From Selaginella moellendorffii (taxonomy: Eukaryota; Plantae; Lycopodiophyta): a stretch of DNA of 64,000 nucleotides. The stretch's first letter is position 1. Each line of letters opens with the position of its first letter. Location: NCBI RefSeq assembly GCF_000143415.4, contig NW_003314269.1, forward strand, positions 1,557,544 to 1,621,543, written 5' to 3'. The position numbers were made by a program, and so were the translations under genes. Of the stretch, positions 61,083-64,000 are shown piece by piece. The notes beneath the pieces were generated by a model. It worked only from the letters and a program-made list of their open reading frames with translations, was not told the DNA's origin and did not search any database.

Positions 61083-64000
61083 ATGAGCAACGTCCCGCCC
61101 CCCATGTCTTCGCAAGCTGCCTATCCTCCCCCAATGCAAATGCGTCCCAATCAGGCCTCAGGTCCTTTCGCTCAGCCACAGAGACCTCCTCAAGGACCTC
61201 CTGGAATGGTATGTATGCTTTGCTTTTGTTTTGTTTGCCTTGGCTCTTTCTCTTATCTTATGTCTTCCCTTTGTTTTCTGTTCTTTTGCTCGCTCTCGCA
61301 GTATGGATCTGCCGTTCCCTTTCCTCAACAAGGCAATGCGTATCCAGGCTCTTATCAGGTCGGGAATCCGGGTCAGCTTCTTCAGTCTTATCCAGTAAAC
61401 GCAGGACAAACTAACAATGGTATGGCACAAGGTCTGCATTCGGGCGTACCACCTCCAGGATCAGTAAGTTGTTCTTTGATCCCCGCTACTTTAGTGCGAG
61501 TGCTGATTTGTTTTTTGCTTCTGCTTTTATCGGTGCTGCTACAGCGAGCTTCTGAATGGCAGGAGCATTTTTCTCCTGACGGGAGAAGGTTGGTCTTTAA
61601 ATGTTTGAGTTCTCGGCCTTTTTACTCATGGTTTTGGTTTCTTGCCCTGAAGGTATTATTACAATAAGCGGACTAAGCAGTCGAGCTGGGAAAAGCCAGA
61701 CGAGTTGATGACTCCGACCGAGGTTAAGTTTTTCTTGAGTTTTTTTCTCTCAGGGACTTACGTTTGTGTGTTTCCCTTTTAGCGAGCTGATGCTTCAACT
61801 GTTTGGAAAGAGTTCGTGACTGCTGATAGCAGAAAGTAAGTTAATAAGGTTTTCTTGCATATTTCAATGCTGATGAGCACTTCGATTTCTAGATATTATT
61901 ACAACAAGTTGACGAGGCAGTCTACATGGACAATGCCGGAGGAAATGAGAGTATGTCTCAGACTTTCATCCTTTGCTTTTTACATTGTTGTTTTGTGCAG
62001 GTAGCTCGCGAGCAGGCGGATAGGGGATATATGGGAGTCGCTAAGATGGAAACTGCTCCCGGTATATCGGCACCGTCACCTTTACTTTCTTCTCCTCTTC
62101 CTTCGTCTCCTGTTGTAGCTCCTGTAGCTCAGACCCTCACCCCTGCCGCTACAGGAATCCCGTCTCCAGCGCCTCTTGCAGGGTATGTTCATTTGGTGGT
62201 TTGTATCCGTTAAAACTCACTGATGTTCTGTAGGTCTGGCGCTGACGCTGCTGAGTCTACCGAGGAGACACAACAGACACAACAGGATCTGGAGGTAGGC
62301 AGTAAATGCGGTTTCTTATGTATTCTGAGGTTTGAGTATCCTCAGGAAGCAAAAAAATCGTTACCATCGATTGGTAAGATCAATATTGCTCCAGTTTCAG
62401 AGGGAAAGTCATTTTCCACGGAGGAGCCTTTGATTTCTTATGCGACAAAAAATGTACGCTCTGCTGATTGCAAGCTTGCTTCTAACTTCATATTCAGGAG
62501 GCAAAAAGCGCCTTTAAAGAACTTTTGGAAGCCATGCACGTTCAATCCGATTGGACCTGGGATCAGGTTTGATAACTTTTCCTTCGTCGCTAACATGAAA
62601 TTTAACATTTACTATATTTCAGGCTATGCGCGTAATTATAAATGACAAACGGTATGGTGCCTTGAAATCTTTAGGTGAACGCAAGCAAGCTTTCAACGAG
62701 GTAACCTTAAATTTTTGTAGATTGTATCAAACTGTTTTATTCTGCCATCTCGTAGTATCTTGCGCAAAGAAAAAAGTTGGATCTTGAAGAAAAGCGTTTA
62801 AAACAAAAGAAAGCACGTGAAGATTTTATAAAGATGTTGGAAGTAAGTTTTGTTGCTCTGGTATCTGTCAGCTTACATGTTTTGCCTCGGCAACAATTTG
62901 TGTCTGCTTTAGGAATCCAAGGAGTTGACATCAGCCATGCGTTGGAGGTCAGGAGATTTAATTGGTTGCTTTGTTTTACATAACGTTTTATTTCTACAGC
63001 AAGGTCGTATCTCTTTTTGAAAGTGACCCACGTTTTCATGCCGTGGATAAAGAGCGAGAGCGTGAAGATCTTTTTGACGACTATTTGCTGGACCTGGAGC
63101 GCAAAGTAAATTATCATTGAGTTTTCTTTCGTTTTTTATTTGACATTTGCATTTCAGGAGCGAGACAAGGCTCGGGAGGAGAAAAAGAAAAGTCGCGCGG
63201 ACTTCAGAAGTTACCTCGAGTCCTGTGATTTTATTAAGGTATTTGTAGTGGTGCTTTAATCCTCTTACTCACTGTATGTATAGGTAAATTCCCATTGGAG
63301 GAAAATTCAGGATAAACTCGATGACGACGAGCGCTGGAGCCGATTAGATAAAATGGACCGCTTAGAAGTCTTTCAGGTTCTCGCTACATTTTTTTAAGTG
63401 CAAACTAACACGAACTTGTGAATTTTGAAGGAATATATTCGTGATTTGGAAAAGGAAGAGGAAGAAGAAAAGAAAATGCAAAAGGTTGGGATAGAGATTA
63501 TTTTCTTTAGCTTCTAATAATAATGTTGGCTTTTCCGCAGGAACAAATACGCCGGAAAGAGCGTAAGAATCGGGACGAGTTTAGAAGTCTCTTGGAATTT
63601 CACAAAGCAGCAGGAATATTGGTTGCAAGGTGCCCATGGCGAGACTACTTAGCTAAGGTAAAAAAAATTTGCGTCAGTTTAACATTTGACGATTTCTTCG
63701 CAGATCAAAGAGCATCCTGCTTATCAGGCAATATGTACGAATCTGTCGGGTTCGACACCGAAGGAACTTTTTATGGATGTCCTGGAGGAGCTTGACAAGC
63801 TGGTTAGTCAGAATGTCCATCTTAGTTTGTAATGAAACGTTTTCTTTTGAACAGTATCTCGAAGACAAGGCCAAGATCAAAGACATCATGAAGGTCGGAA
63901 AGGTAGCACGGTTCTTTTTATAGTAATTTGTATTTATCAATTATCATCTGTAGATTACGGTGGTACCGACAACCACTTACGACGATTTCAAGGCTGCACT
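61083..64000 (+). CDS. PRP40: Pre-mRNA-processing protein 40 (2 WW + FF repeats), truncated at window end
   Basis: WW domains [26 protein letters not shown] and [28 protein letters not shown] repeats [10 protein letters not shown]...[32 protein letters not shown]. Confidence 0.94.

Overview
Gene-dense eukaryotic plant DNA with very short GT-AG introns (about 45-70 nt), short intergenic spacers and flagellar-type genes. This suggests a lycophyte such as Selaginella moellendorffii, which is an inference from gene structure and content. Two blocks of ordinary genes (1-31.1 kb and 51.4-64 kb) hold CCDC146/MBO2-like, PDK1, OTU deubiquitinase, EPL1, RAV, AP-3 delta, palmitoyl thioesterase, Dpy-30, UPF0193, RMR, PPR-SMR, TrhO-like rhodanese, CbbY, SLH-domain plastid protein, Ku80, PABP and PRP40. 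Between them is a ~19 kb accessory island (31.5-50.5 kb) bracketed by a ~0.7 kb direct duplication of the CbbY 3' end and downstream spacer. The island carries an intact, intronless Uma2/PD-(D/E)XK-like nuclease ORF, an orphan (pseudo)gene built from tandem exon-pair modules, inverted paralogous fragments, several short tandem duplications and two nested Ty3/gypsy elements. Other oddities are an extremely AT-rich intronless secreted bulb-lectin gene with an unknown N-terminal domain, an AT-rich tandem array derived from exons of the island gene family, and a U12 intron plus a duplicated splice acceptor in Ku80. Exon boundaries were read by eye, and CDS coordinates give the overall gene span.
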